DNA from: Bacillota bacterium
GTDB lineage: Bacteria > Bacillota > Desulfitobacteriia > Desulfitobacteriales > Desulfitobacteriaceae
Length of the DNA stretch: 38,536 nt
Direction: 5' to 3'
Assembly: GCA_021849995.1 (NCBI GenBank)
Contig: JAJZSC010000001.1
Span: forward strand, 1-38,536
The notes beneath the pieces are model-generated. The model worked only from the letters and a program-made list of their open reading frames with translations, was not told where the DNA came from and did not search any database. Below are positions 28,613-36,752 of the stretch, piece after piece (the stretch's first letter is position 1; each line of letters opens with the position of its first letter). Made by a program: the position numbers and the translations under genes.

Positions 28613-28660
28613 AGTTAAGACCATTTAAAGATTTTTGTTGGATCATTGGAGGAGGTTACG

Positions 28661-28915
28661 ATGAAGAAGGTAGCGGTAATAAGTGCTATTTTGGAAGAAC
28701 CGAAAATTTGTCAACAGCCCTTCAACGAAACGGTTTCAAGATTTAGTCATCTTGTGAGGGGCCGGATGGGTATACCCTTCGAAGATCATGGTATAGCTGT
28801 GGTTTCTATTGTAGTGGTAGGGAATTTAGATGAGATAAATAGCTTTACAGGCAAACTCGGTAACATCGCCCATGTTTCTGTTAAGACCTCAATTTCCAAG
28901 AAAGAGTTGGATTAG
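28661..28915 (+). CDS. TM1266-family putative iron-only hydrogenase system regulator (ACT/NikR-C-like)
   Basis: MKKVAVISAILEEP...VRGRMGIPFEDHGIAVVSIVVVGNLDEINSFTGKLGNI.. About 84 aa, immediately upstream of hydE and hydG. ATG 28661 follows GGAGGAGG. Confidence 0.75.
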   Translation: MKKVAVISAILEEPKICQQPFNETVSRFSHLVRGRMGIPFEDHGIAVVSIVVVGNLDEINSFTGKLGNIAHVSVKTSISKKELD

Positions 28916-28916
28916 T

Positions 28917-29972
28917 ATGAGAGCGATAATAGATAAACTTTATAAGGATCAGTTCCTGCAGGAACACGAATTGACGGATCTGCTTTATGGGCTTAAACCT
29001 GAAGAAGAATCGTACCTTTTTGCTAAAGCGCAAGAGATAAGAACCAAGCATTATGGGAAAAAAGTTTACATGCGGGGGCTAATAGAGTTTACAAATTACT
29101 GCAAGAGAGATTGTCAGTATTGTGGAATCCGGGCCTCAAATAAAAAGGCAGACCGGTATAGGTTAAGCATAGATCAAGTACTTGATGCCTGCGTAGAAGG
29201 TGAGAGGCTAGGTTATCAGACCTATGTGCTTCAGGGCGGGGAAGATGAATACTTCACCGATTCAAGGCTAGTTGAGCTTATCGAAGCTATTAAAAAGAAG
29301 TTTCCTAAAGCGGCTATTACTTTATCTGTCGGAGAAAAGCCCTACGAATCATATCTCAAGTATTTTGAAGCTGGAGCTGACAGGTATTTGCTCAGGCATG
29401 AAACAGCCTCAGAAGAATTATACAACCGCTTACATCCAAGAATGAGCTTTTTACATCGAAAGGAATGCTTAAATAATCTAAAACGTATTGGTTACCAGGT
29501 TGGTGCGGGTTTCATGGTAGGATTGCCGGGTCAAAAGGTTGAGGATTATGTCAGAGATCTCATTTACCTAAAAGAGCTGGAGCCACACATGGTTGGAATA
29601 GGTCCCTTCATTCCGCACAAAGATACTCCTCTTGGCGGGGAAACAGGCGGGACACTTGAGCAGACCCTTATCCTTTTAGCTATTATCAGGTTGCTCTTGC
29701 CAAAGGTATTACTTCCAGCCACTACAGCTCTCGGGACCATTAACCCCTTCGGAAGGGAGAAAGGGTTGCAGGCTGGTGCTAATGTCGTGATGCCAAATCT
29801 CACGCCAATGCAGGTAAGAGAAAAGTATTCCCTTTACGATGGAAAGATTTGTACAGGGGATGAAGCGGCTGAATGCCGCCGTTGTATCGAGCAACGGATC
29901 AATAAGGCAGGCTTTGAGCTCGATATGGGCAGAGGTGACCATAAGGAATGGAGGGGTCGAGATGTTTATTGA
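28917..29972 (+). CDS. hydE: [FeFe]-hydrogenase maturase HydE (radical SAM)
   Basis: CKRDCQYCGIRASN CX3CX2C motif, biotin-synthase-like fold length (351 aa). ATG is 1 nt after the upstream stop. The ORF-track start at 28872 overlaps the regulator. Confidence 0.88.
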   Translation: MRAIIDKLYKDQFLQEHELTDLLYGLKPEEESYLFAKAQEIRTKHYGKKVYMRGLIEFTNYCKRDCQYCGIRASNKKADRYRLSIDQVLDACVEGERLGYQTYVLQGGEDEYFTDSRLVELIEAIKKKFPKAAITLSVGEKPYESYLKYFEAGADRYLLRHETASEELYNRLHPRMSFLHRKECLNNLKRIGYQVGAGFMVGLPGQKVEDYVRDLIYLKELEPHMVGIGPFIPHKDTPLGGETGGTLEQTLILLAIIRLLLPKVLLPATTALGTINPFGREKGLQAGANVVMPNLTPMQVREKYSLYDGKICTGDEAAECRRCIEQRINKAGFELDMGRGDHKEWRGRDVY

Positions 29973-31338
29973 TCATAACTATATAACTGACTTACTTGAC
30001 GAAGCAAGCAGGGCGAGCTCTCAGGAGATCGCTGAGGTTTTGGAAAAAGCCAGACAACACAAGGGGCTGAGCCATCGTGATGTAGCCATATTACTTCAGA
30101 TAGACTCTGAAGATCAAGTCAGGGAGCTTTTTCAGGTGGCAGATGATATTAAGAAATCAATCTATGGAAACAGGGTTGTCGTTTTCGCTCCATTGTATGT
30201 AAGTAACTTTTGCGTCAATAACTGCACCTACTGTGGATATCAAAGGAAAAACAACATTGTCCGCCGAAAGCTAACCTTTGATGAGATTAGGGAGGAAGTG
30301 CGTCTACTTACCAGAATGGGGCATAAGAGAATAGCTCTTGAGGCTGGTGAGGACCCTGTTAATTGTGATATTGACTATATCTTAAAAGCTATTGAAACCA
30401 TCTATAACGCTGAAAACTCCTTTGGTAAGATCAGAAGGATCAATGTTAATATTGCTGCCACGAGTGTTGAAAACTACCGAAAACTTAAAGAAGCTCAGAT
30501 TGGAACTTATATTCTCTTTCAAGAGACTTATCACCGGCCAACTTATGAAAAGGTGCATCCTAATTCGGTAAAAGGTGATTATGAATATCATACATTTGCT
30601 TTTGACCGGGCGATGGAAGCAGGCCTTGATGATGTAGGAGGTGGGGTGTTATTCGGCCTCGCCGATCCAAAATTTGAAGTAATGGCTCTAATGCTTCACA
30701 ATGAACATCTTGAGCAAAAGTTCGGTGTAGGATTTCATACAATCTCCGTTCCTAGGATAAAAAAAGCAGAAGGTATGGATATCTCAAACTTTCCTCATTT
30801 AGTTAGCGATGAGATGTTTAAAAGGGTAATTGCCATTATCAGGCTTGCAGTTCCGTTTACGGGAATTATCCTCTCGACCAGGGAGGCGCCAGAGTTAAGA
30901 CGGGAAGCGCTGAAATATGGAGTATCTCAGATTAGTGCTGGCTCTTGTACAGGGGTAGGTGGTTATAAGGAAAGTGAGCAAGGAGTATCGACTGCTCAAT
31001 TTGATGTGGCTGATCACCGAACTCCATCAGAGATTTTAAAAGAGTTAATTAAGGATGGGCATATTCCTAGTTACTGTACTGCTTGCTACAGGCAAGGAAG
31101 AACAGGGGACCGTTTTATGAGCTTAGCGAAATCCGGGCAGATCCAAAACGTATGTGGACCAAATGCCCTGGTCACCTTGATGGAATACATCTTGGATTAT
31201 GGTGACCAAGAGTTATCTGATCTTGGTGAGCAATTAATAGTTAATGAAACTGCTAAGATTAAGCGAAATGATATTCAGGGCTGGGTACTAAACAGCATCT
31301 CCAAGCTGAAGTCCGGAGAGAGGGATTTATATCTGTAG
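29962..31338 (+). CDS. hydG: [FeFe]-hydrogenase maturase HydG (radical SAM tyrosine lyase)
   Basis: CVNNCTYCGYQRKN radical SAM motif and C-terminal auxiliary cluster motif CTACYRQGRTGDRFM. ATG 29962 follows GGAGGGG and overlaps the hydE end. The ORF-track start at 29839 lies inside hydE. Confidence 0.9.
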   Translation: MFIDHNYITDLLDEASRASSQEIAEVLEKARQHKGLSHRDVAILLQIDSEDQVRELFQVADDIKKSIYGNRVVVFAPLYVSNFCVNNCTYCGYQRKNNIVRRKLTFDEIREEVRLLTRMGHKRIALEAGEDPVNCDIDYILKAIETIYNAENSFGKIRRINVNIAATSVENYRKLKEAQIGTYILFQETYHRPTYEKVHPNSVKGDYEYHTFAFDRAMEAGLDDVGGGVLFGLADPKFEVMALMLHNEHLEQKFGVGFHTISVPRIKKAEGMDISNFPHLVSDEMFKRVIAIIRLAVPFTGIILSTREAPELRREALKYGVSQISAGSCTGVGGYKESEQGVSTAQFDVADHRTPSEILKELIKDGHIPSYCTACYRQGRTGDRFMSLAKSGQIQNVCGPNALVTLMEYILDYGDQELSDLGEQLIVNETAKIKRNDIQGWVLNSISKLKSGERDLYL

Positions 31339-31450
31339 TAGATTGACAAAGTTTATCACCTGACAGAATCCTTCAAAATTCTAATAAGCTGAAAATTACT
31401 TGACTAGATCTACTGGAACACTTAAGAGGTGTACCAAGCTTAAACAGATA

Positions 31451-31492
31451 AAAAACAAGATGACCTAGTTAATCAGGTCATCTTGTTTTTTT
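31451..31492. terminator. Bidirectional-looking terminator between hydG and the convergent small ORF
   Basis: AAAAACAAGATGACCT-AGTTAATC-AGGTCATCTTGTTTTT has a 16-bp stem flanked by an A run and a T run. Confidence 0.8.
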
Positions 31493-31502
31493 ACAGCATA
31501 TC

Positions 31503-31570
31503 AAAAAGTATTCCTATCAGGGTGCATGAGTGCAGTTAGTAGTGAAGCAGCCGAGCTCGATTCTTGGGTG
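31503..31570 (+). repeat. Dispersed intergenic repeat, partial copy G (5' half)
   Basis: AAAAAGTATTCCTATCAGGGTGCATGAGTGCAGTTAG.. matches the 5' half of the family. The 3' half is diverged. Confidence 0.5.
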
Positions 31571-31622
31571 AAACAACTCACTAAAGAAAGTCTATTAAGC
31601 AAAGATACCGGAGGATGTTGGA

Positions 31623-31841
31623 CTAATAGAACTTTTTAGGAGTCTTGACATAGTCTGTAGTCTCAAATAAATGTTCTACTGATTTCCGGTCATAAATCGC
31701 GTGAATATCCTTAACACATTTTTCACTGGAATAACCTTTTAACCCAATGTTTGATAACTTACTGTAGATAGTTGCTAGAGCTTTTTTTGCCTCTGTTTCT
31801 GACATCTTGCTGATTGTCTCTGAATAATCATTTACTCTCAT
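31623..31841 (-). CDS. Hypothetical small protein (72-74 aa), no recognisable family
   Basis: Open frame MKMRVNDYSETISKMSETEAKKALATIYSKL.. The RBS GAGGG fits the second ATG (31841) best. It is flanked by repeat copies G and H. Confidence 0.45.
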   Translation of the reverse strand: MRVNDYSETISKMSETEAKKALATIYSKLSNIGLKGYSSEKCVKDIHAIYDRKSVEHLFETTDYVKTPKKFY

Positions 31842-31881
31842 CTTCATCCCTCTTTCCCCTCAGTATTTTTTGCACCACTCA

Positions 31882-31972
31882 TAGAAAGATAACTCTGTGG
31901 TGGCATAAGTGGTGCATCTAAGCAGTCGCCTGCGCCTTTAAGCTTGGCGCCAGCTAAGCTTTCATTTAATAT
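31882..31972 (+). repeat. Dispersed intergenic repeat, copy H
   Basis: ..GGTGGCATAAGTGGTGCATCTAAGCAGTCGCCTGCGCCTTTAAGCTTGGCGCCAGCTAAGCTTTCATTTAAT. Confidence 0.8.
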
Positions 31973-32225
31973 TCTGTGGAAATACCCTATTAATACATGT
32001 TACTCTATGCAGAAATAATAATGCCTCTTTGATGACATAATATTCAAAAAAATTAAAATAGTCAAGAATCAAATTGTAAGTATTTGTTATATGCTGGATC
32101 TTTCAACGTGCATAAGATGTGAAAAAGGATTAAGCTACTTAACATGCATATTAAAAAAACAGTTTAGTCGGAAATTTGTGAGTAGAGCGAATTAGGGATG
32201 CTTAGGCATTTTCTAGGCAAAAGTA

Positions 32226-32255
32226 TTGACATAAGGCCTGGAACTATAGCATAAT
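32226..32255 (+). promoter_or_regulatory. Candidate promoter of the lysine riboswitch-lysA transcript
   Basis: TTGACA (32226-32231), 18-nt spacer, CATAAT (32250-32255). Confidence 0.5.
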
Positions 32256-32274
32256 AAATCAACTTCATATTGTT

Positions 32275-32435
32275 AAAGATAGAGGTGCGGGCAATAAATA
32301 GTACGTGTACGGAGTTGCCAACTGTGATGGCACGGAAAGGGATGCTCGCCGAAGCTAAAGTCTAGGCAAAGGCTTTTGCTGGGCTTGTATTTAATAAATG
32401 CAAGACTGTCACCCATTAGGGTGGAGTGCTATCTC
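32275..32435 (+). ncRNA. Lysine riboswitch (L box) aptamer
   Basis: Conserved L-box blocks appear in order: AGAGGTGCG, AATAGTA, GGAGTTGCC, GGAAAGGG, GCCGAAG, CTGGG, ACTGTCAC, GGAGTGCTATC. It lies upstream of lysA. Confidence 0.85.
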
Positions 32436-32476
32436 GTAACGTAAGGCTTTGTTAATCTTGTTTTGGCCTGTTTCAG

Positions 32477-32512
32477 CGGTTTACGAGTGGTACACATCGT
32501 GAACCGTTTTTT
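32477..32512 (+). terminator. Expression-platform terminator of the lysine riboswitch
   Basis: CGGTTTACGAGTG-GTA-CACATCGTGAACCG (imperfect, with G-U pairs) followed by TTTTTT. Confidence 0.65.
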
Positions 32513-32518
32513 GCACCT

Positions 32519-32603
32519 ATCAGGCAGTATAAGTCTCTGGTCGTATACGTGCATCTAAGCGGCCGCCTGCGCCTTTTGGCGCCAGCTAAGCTTACTTTAA
32601 TTT
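32519..32603 (+). repeat. Dispersed intergenic repeat, copy I
   Basis: ATCAGGCAGTATAAGTCTCTGGTCGTATACGTGCATCTAAGCGGCCGCCTGCGCCTTTTGGCGCCAGCTAAGCTTACTTTAAT. It sits between the riboswitch terminator and the lysA start. Confidence 0.8.
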
Positions 32604-32662
32604 CCTGGGTCGTAACATTGGATAAGCATTCACATAAACTTAAATTAGAGGAGGATGACATA

Positions 32663-33925
32663 GTGGCAGAGAAAAAGTTACCCTTTAGTCAGGCAGAGTT
32701 AGAGGCAATGGTCGAGAAATATGGAACTCCTTTCCATGTTTATGATGAACAGGGGATTAGAGAAAATGCTAGGAAATTAGTCGCCGCATTTGCTTGGGCC
32801 CCGGAATTTAAAGAATACTTTGCTGTTAAAGCCGCTCCCAACCCTTATCTGTTAAAGATCTTAAGAGAAGAAGGTTTCGGAGCAGATTGCAGTTCCATAG
32901 CTGAGTTGATGTTGGCAGAAAAGGTTAGAATCCTTGATGAAAATATTATGTTTACTTCTAATGATACACCTGCAAGTGAATACAAAAAGGCGAGAGAACT
33001 GGGCGCTATCATCAATTTAGATGATATTAGCCACATTGATTTCCTAGAAAACCATGCAGGATTACCGGATATCATTTCTTTCCGGTATAACCCTGGTCCG
33101 CTTCGTTCCGGAGGAAACTCAATTATCGGTAACCCGGAAGAGGCGAAATACGGATTAACTAGAGATCAGCTTTTTGAAGCATATCAAATCGTCCGTTCTA
33201 AAGGAGTAGAGCGGTTCGGTCTGCATACCATGGTTATTTCCAACGAATTAAACCCACAGTATTTTATTGAGACTGCCAACATGATGTTTGATCTTGCAGT
33301 TGATATATATAATACTTTGGGAATACGGATCGAGATGATTAATTTTGGAGGCGGTATCGGTATACCTTATCGCCCTGAACAACAGGCAGTAGATTTGAGT
33401 GTCATAAGTGAAGGGGTACGGGCAGCGTACGAGAATAAGATCATGGCAAACGGACTGCATCCGATGAAGCTTGCTTTAGAGTGCGGAAGGGTTATAACAG
33501 GTCCCTATGGATACCTAGTGGCACGAGTCCTTCATAAAAAAGAGATTTACAAGAATTATGTTGGTCTGGATGCCTGTATGGCAAACTTAATGCGGCCTGC
33601 TTTGTATGGATCATATCACCATATTACTGTGCTTGGTAAAGAGAATTTACCGCTCGACCATGTATATGATGTTACAGGAAGTTTGTGCGAGAATAATGAT
33701 AAGTTTGCCATAGATAGAAGTTTACCAAAAATTGATATTGGCGATATTGTAGTAATTCATGACGCAGGGGCCCATGGCCATGCAATGGGCTTTAACTATA
33801 ATGGCAAATTGCGTTCTGCCGAGCTTCTACGTAAATCAGATGGCAGCGTAGATGTGATCAGACGGGCTGAAACGGTAGAAGATTATTTTTCAACACTAGA
33901 TTTCTCTAAGCTTGAAGACTTTTAG
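32663..33925 (+). CDS. lysA: Diaminopimelate decarboxylase
   Basis: PLP-Lys context YFAVKAAPNP, GGGIGIPY, CENNDKF. 420 aa from GTG 32663 (RBS GGAGGA 7 nt upstream). Controlled by a lysine riboswitch. The ORF-track N-terminal extension from 32549 is translated repeat sequence. Confidence 0.85.
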   Translation: MAEKKLPFSQAELEAMVEKYGTPFHVYDEQGIRENARKLVAAFAWAPEFKEYFAVKAAPNPYLLKILREEGFGADCSSIAELMLAEKVRILDENIMFTSNDTPASEYKKARELGAIINLDDISHIDFLENHAGLPDIISFRYNPGPLRSGGNSIIGNPEEAKYGLTRDQLFEAYQIVRSKGVERFGLHTMVISNELNPQYFIETANMMFDLAVDIYNTLGIRIEMINFGGGIGIPYRPEQQAVDLSVISEGVRAAYENKIMANGLHPMKLALECGRVITGPYGYLVARVLHKKEIYKNYVGLDACMANLMRPALYGSYHHITVLGKENLPLDHVYDVTGSLCENNDKFAIDRSLPKIDIGDIVVIHDAGAHGHAMGFNYNGKLRSAELLRKSDGSVDVIRRAETVEDYFSTLDFSKLEDF

Positions 33926-33966
33926 ACAGGGATTATTCAATAGGCAAAAGTTTATAATTTGTTTTT

Positions 33967-33992
33967 AGCCAGGGTCTGCCTGGCTTTCTATT
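33967..33992 (+). terminator. Terminator after lysA
   Basis: AGCCAGG-GTCTG-CCTGGCT followed by TTCTATTTT. Confidence 0.6.
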
Positions 33993-34029
33993 TTATCTAC
34001 AAAATGTGTAGTATATTCAAAGAAAATAT

Positions 34030-34057
34030 TTGACGTTACATAAAGGTGTGGTATAAT
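34030..34057 (+). promoter_or_regulatory. Candidate sigma-A promoter of feoAB
   Basis: TTGACG (34030-34035), 16-nt spacer, extended -10 TGgTATAAT (34049-34057). Confidence 0.65.
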
Positions 34058-34072
34058 AGATATAGTAAAATA

Positions 34073-34091
34073 GTGATAATGATTATCATTC
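34073..34091. promoter_or_regulatory. Fur box
   Basis: GTGATAATGATTATCATTC is a near-perfect match to the GATAATGATwATCATTATC consensus. It lies just downstream of the -10, upstream of feoA. Confidence 0.8.
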
Positions 34092-34268
34092 AACAAGTAT
34101 GATAGAATGCTAATAATATGATTAATAATCTAATTTAGTAATTTGGCAACTATATACAAGGTTTGCCAGTACCTTCCTTTTATATATAGGCTTATACGGA
34201 AGTCGGTGAGATCTTCCGGCTTTTTTAGCACGATGAGTGATAATAGATATCAGTTAGGGGGAGATTGG

Positions 34269-34487
34269 GTGGTAAGTCTGGAAAATGTTAAAAGAGGTCA
34301 ATCTTTTAAAGTTGAGAACATAACAAGTGATTCAATTAGAGCCCAAGCTATTCGTTTCGGAATTTCTGAAGGGGAATTTTTAGTTTGCGAAGAGGTTATC
34401 CCGGGTGGACCGATCGTTGTCAAGAAGAACCGCCAACTTATTGCGTTGGGTCGAGACTTAGCTCGGGAAATAAAAGTCTCTTTATAA
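34269..34487 (+). CDS. feoA: Ferrous iron transport protein A
   Basis: 72 aa from GTG 34269 (RBS GGGGGAG 5 nt upstream). SH3-like FeoA pattern ..FKVENI....IRAQAIRFGISEGEFLVCEEVIPGGPIVVKKNRQLIALGRDLAREIKV. ATG 34233 is an alternative without an RBS. Confidence 0.8.
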   Translation: MVSLENVKRGQSFKVENITSDSIRAQAIRFGISEGEFLVCEEVIPGGPIVVKKNRQLIALGRDLAREIKVSL

Positions 34488-34548
34488 ATATTCTTCGTTG
34501 ATTTCTTTAGCATGATTGTCAATATAGGTTTGAGGAGGGAAAAATCCC

Positions 34549-36540
34549 ATGTCACATTGTCATGGTTGTAATGTTCAAATTGATATACCTGAAGGGGCTC
34601 GGCGAATAGTATTGGCCGGTAATCCAAACTCAGGTAAATCAGTTTTTTTCAATGCTTTGACAGGAATGTATGTAGACGTTTCTAATTACCCTGGGACAAC
34701 TCTAGAGATTTCATCAGGACGTTTTCAGGGAGATGCAGTTATCGATACTCCTGGAGTATATGGTATCTCCTCATTTAATGATGAGGAAAAAGTGGCCCGG
34801 GATGTTATCTTGGCTGCCGATGTAATTGTAAATGTTGTAAATGCAGTTTATCTAGAGAGAGACTTGTTCTTAACTCAGCAGATTATTGATACTGGAGTAC
34901 CAGTAATTGTAGCTTTGAACATGATTGACGAAGCGGAGAGGCAAGGGCTCAAAATAAACTACGAACTTTTAAGCAAACTGCTCGGCGTCCCTGTTGTTCC
35001 TACTGTAGCAGTTAAGAAACAGGGTCTGGACTTATTAAAACAAAAAATCTTCGAAGCAACACCTGGAAACTCTGATCCTGAACTTCAGAAAGAAATTGAC
35101 AAGTTGATAAATAGGAGCGGTAGCAGAAGTGAAGCTTTGCTTATCCTTGAAGGGGATATAGCAATTGCAGAGCGCCATGGTCTCGAACCGATTAATTTAA
35201 GAGAAACTATCTATTTGAATCGCCGTCAAAGGGTAAATCAGATTATCGAACAAGTGGTCACAGATGTTAGCACTAGATCAATTTTCGCAAATACTCTGAA
35301 CCGTTTAATGCTTAAACCGATCACAGGAATTCCTATTCTCTTAGTGGCTTTATATGCTATGTATCAACTCATTGGTGTCTTTGTGGCTGGTGATGTAGTA
35401 GGTCTTACTGAGGAGACAATAATGCAGGGCTATTTTGAACCTGTGGTTAGAGGATTTATCGGGGGTTTAATTAACCCGGATACTGCTTTAGGTACCATTT
35501 TAATCGGTGAGTTTGGCTTGCTAACGATGACGTTTACTTATACTTTTGGTTTATTGTTACCGCTAGTGGCAGGGTTTTATCTATTCCTTTCCATTTTTGA
35601 GGACTCAGGTTATCTTCCGAGGATTGCGACTTTAGCTGACAGGGTCCTAACCAGTATCGGTTTGAATGGCCGCGCTATCATTCCTCTCATCTTAGGGCTT
35701 GGTTGTGTGACCATGGCTACAATTACCACTAGACTTCTTGGTTCTGAACGGGAAAAAAGGATAGCAATATTCTTGTTAGGGTTGGTTATCCCTTGTTCAG
35801 CTCAGCTTGGTGTGATTGCAGGAATGCTGGCTGCTGTCGGGCCAGAATACGTTGCTCTTTACGCACTCGTTATACTAGGAGTTTTGGTTGCCGTGGGTAC
35901 TTCCATGAACAATATTATGAGAGGAAAATCCTCCGACCTGCTGATTGACCTGCCACCGCTTCGTTTACCACGTGTTCGTAACGTTTTAACAAAGACTGGA
36001 GTAAAGTCCTATCAGTTTATTAAAGAAGCATTCCCGCTGTTCGCCTTAGGAGCTTTAATAATCAGTCTATTCCAGGTGACTGGTGTTCTAGTCTTTCTTC
36101 AAAATTCTTTGGCCCCGTTAACAAATAGTTGGTTAGGATTACCGAAAGAGACAGCTACGGCCTTTATCATGGGAATCGTACGTCGTGATTTTGGTGCAGC
36201 AGGACTAGCTGATATGGCACTTGATCCGATGCAAGTTGTTGTTTCTCTAGTAACTATTACTTTGTTCGTACCATGTATCGCATCGATTTTGGTAATTTTC
36301 AAAGAGCGCTCTAAAAAAGAGGGTGCTGTCATGTGGTTAAGTACCTGGGTAATATCCTTCTTGGTAGGGGGAACAGTCGCTCAGTTAGCAAATTTAATAG
36401 GAACGGGAACACCGCTGCAGGTTTTAGTTGTTGGCTTAGCGTTCTGGGGGTTGATCTTTATTCTCCTTATAGCCTTTAAATTGCTTAAGAGACAGAACAA
36501 TGCCACTGTAAATGAGGCTAATGCAAAAGGAGTGGCGTAA
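34549..36540 (+). CDS. feoB: Ferrous iron transporter FeoB
   Basis: G domain (GNPNSGKS, DTPG, NMID) followed by a polytopic membrane domain. 663 aa. An unusual short CHGC N-terminal extension is present. Confidence 0.93.
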   Translation: MSHCHGCNVQIDIPEGARRIVLAGNPNSGKSVFFNALTGMYVDVSNYPGTTLEISSGRFQGDAVIDTPGVYGISSFNDEEKVARDVILAADVIVNVVNAVYLERDLFLTQQIIDTGVPVIVALNMIDEAERQGLKINYELLSKLLGVPVVPTVAVKKQGLDLLKQKIFEATPGNSDPELQKEIDKLINRSGSRSEALLILEGDIAIAERHGLEPINLRETIYLNRRQRVNQIIEQVVTDVSTRSIFANTLNRLMLKPITGIPILLVALYAMYQLIGVFVAGDVVGLTEETIMQGYFEPVVRGFIGGLINPDTALGTILIGEFGLLTMTFTYTFGLLLPLVAGFYLFLSIFEDSGYLPRIATLADRVLTSIGLNGRAIIPLILGLGCVTMATITTRLLGSEREKRIAIFLLGLVIPCSAQLGVIAGMLAAVGPEYVALYALVILGVLVAVGTSMNNIMRGKSSDLLIDLPPLRLPRVRNVLTKTGVKSYQFIKEAFPLFALGALIISLFQVTGVLVFLQNSLAPLTNSWLGLPKETATAFIMGIVRRDFGAAGLADMALDPMQVVVSLVTITLFVPCIASILVIFKERSKKEGAVMWLSTWVISFLVGGTVAQLANLIGTGTPLQVLVVGLAFWGLIFILLIAFKLLKRQNNATVNEANAKGVA

Positions 36541-36541
36541 A

Positions 36542-36697
36542 GTGAAGGAAAAGGAAACTTCAACCTGTACTGGTGCAAATAAATGCCCACGTTGTGGCTA
36601 TCCGATAGAAGGGATTATTCTGGTATGTCCCCGCTGCAGGGAGCCAATTAGCGGAGGCTGTTCAGGTAATTGCTCAAAATGTTCGTCACATAAATAA
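36542..36697 (+). CDS. Small Cys-rich zinc-ribbon-like protein coupled to feoB
   Basis: 51 aa from GTG 36542 (RBS AAAGGAG), or from ATG 36521 overlapping the feoB end. Two CPRC pairs (CPRCGYPIEGIILVCPRC) plus GGCSGNCSKCSSH. Confidence 0.5.
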   Translation: MKEKETSTCTGANKCPRCGYPIEGIILVCPRCREPISGGCSGNCSKCSSHK

Positions 36698-36701
36698 TAT
36701 T

Positions 36702-36752
36702 AGAGAAGGCCTAACTCTGAAATGGAAAGGGTTAGACCTTCTCTTCTTCTTT
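36702..36752 (+). terminator. Terminator after the feo operon
   Basis: AGAGAAGGCCTAAC...GTTAGACCTTCTCT is a 14-bp stem with one mismatch, followed by a TCTTCTTT tail. Confidence 0.65.

Noticed and set aside
29839-29961. Upstream extension of hydG and similar extensions of hydE (28872), the TM1266-like gene (28646), rpsR (8974), the DUF951 gene (6555), the yycJ-like gene (24000) and the OCD-like gene (27995)
   Set aside because: The extended starts overlap the preceding gene or lack an RBS. Internal starts with good Shine-Dalgarno spacing give family-typical N-termini.
32549-32662. N-terminal extension of lysA (38 extra residues, MHLSGRLRLLAPAKL..)
   Set aside because: The extension is encoded by repeat copy I and lacks an RBS. 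GTG 32663 has a GGAGGA RBS and gives a normal-length LysA.
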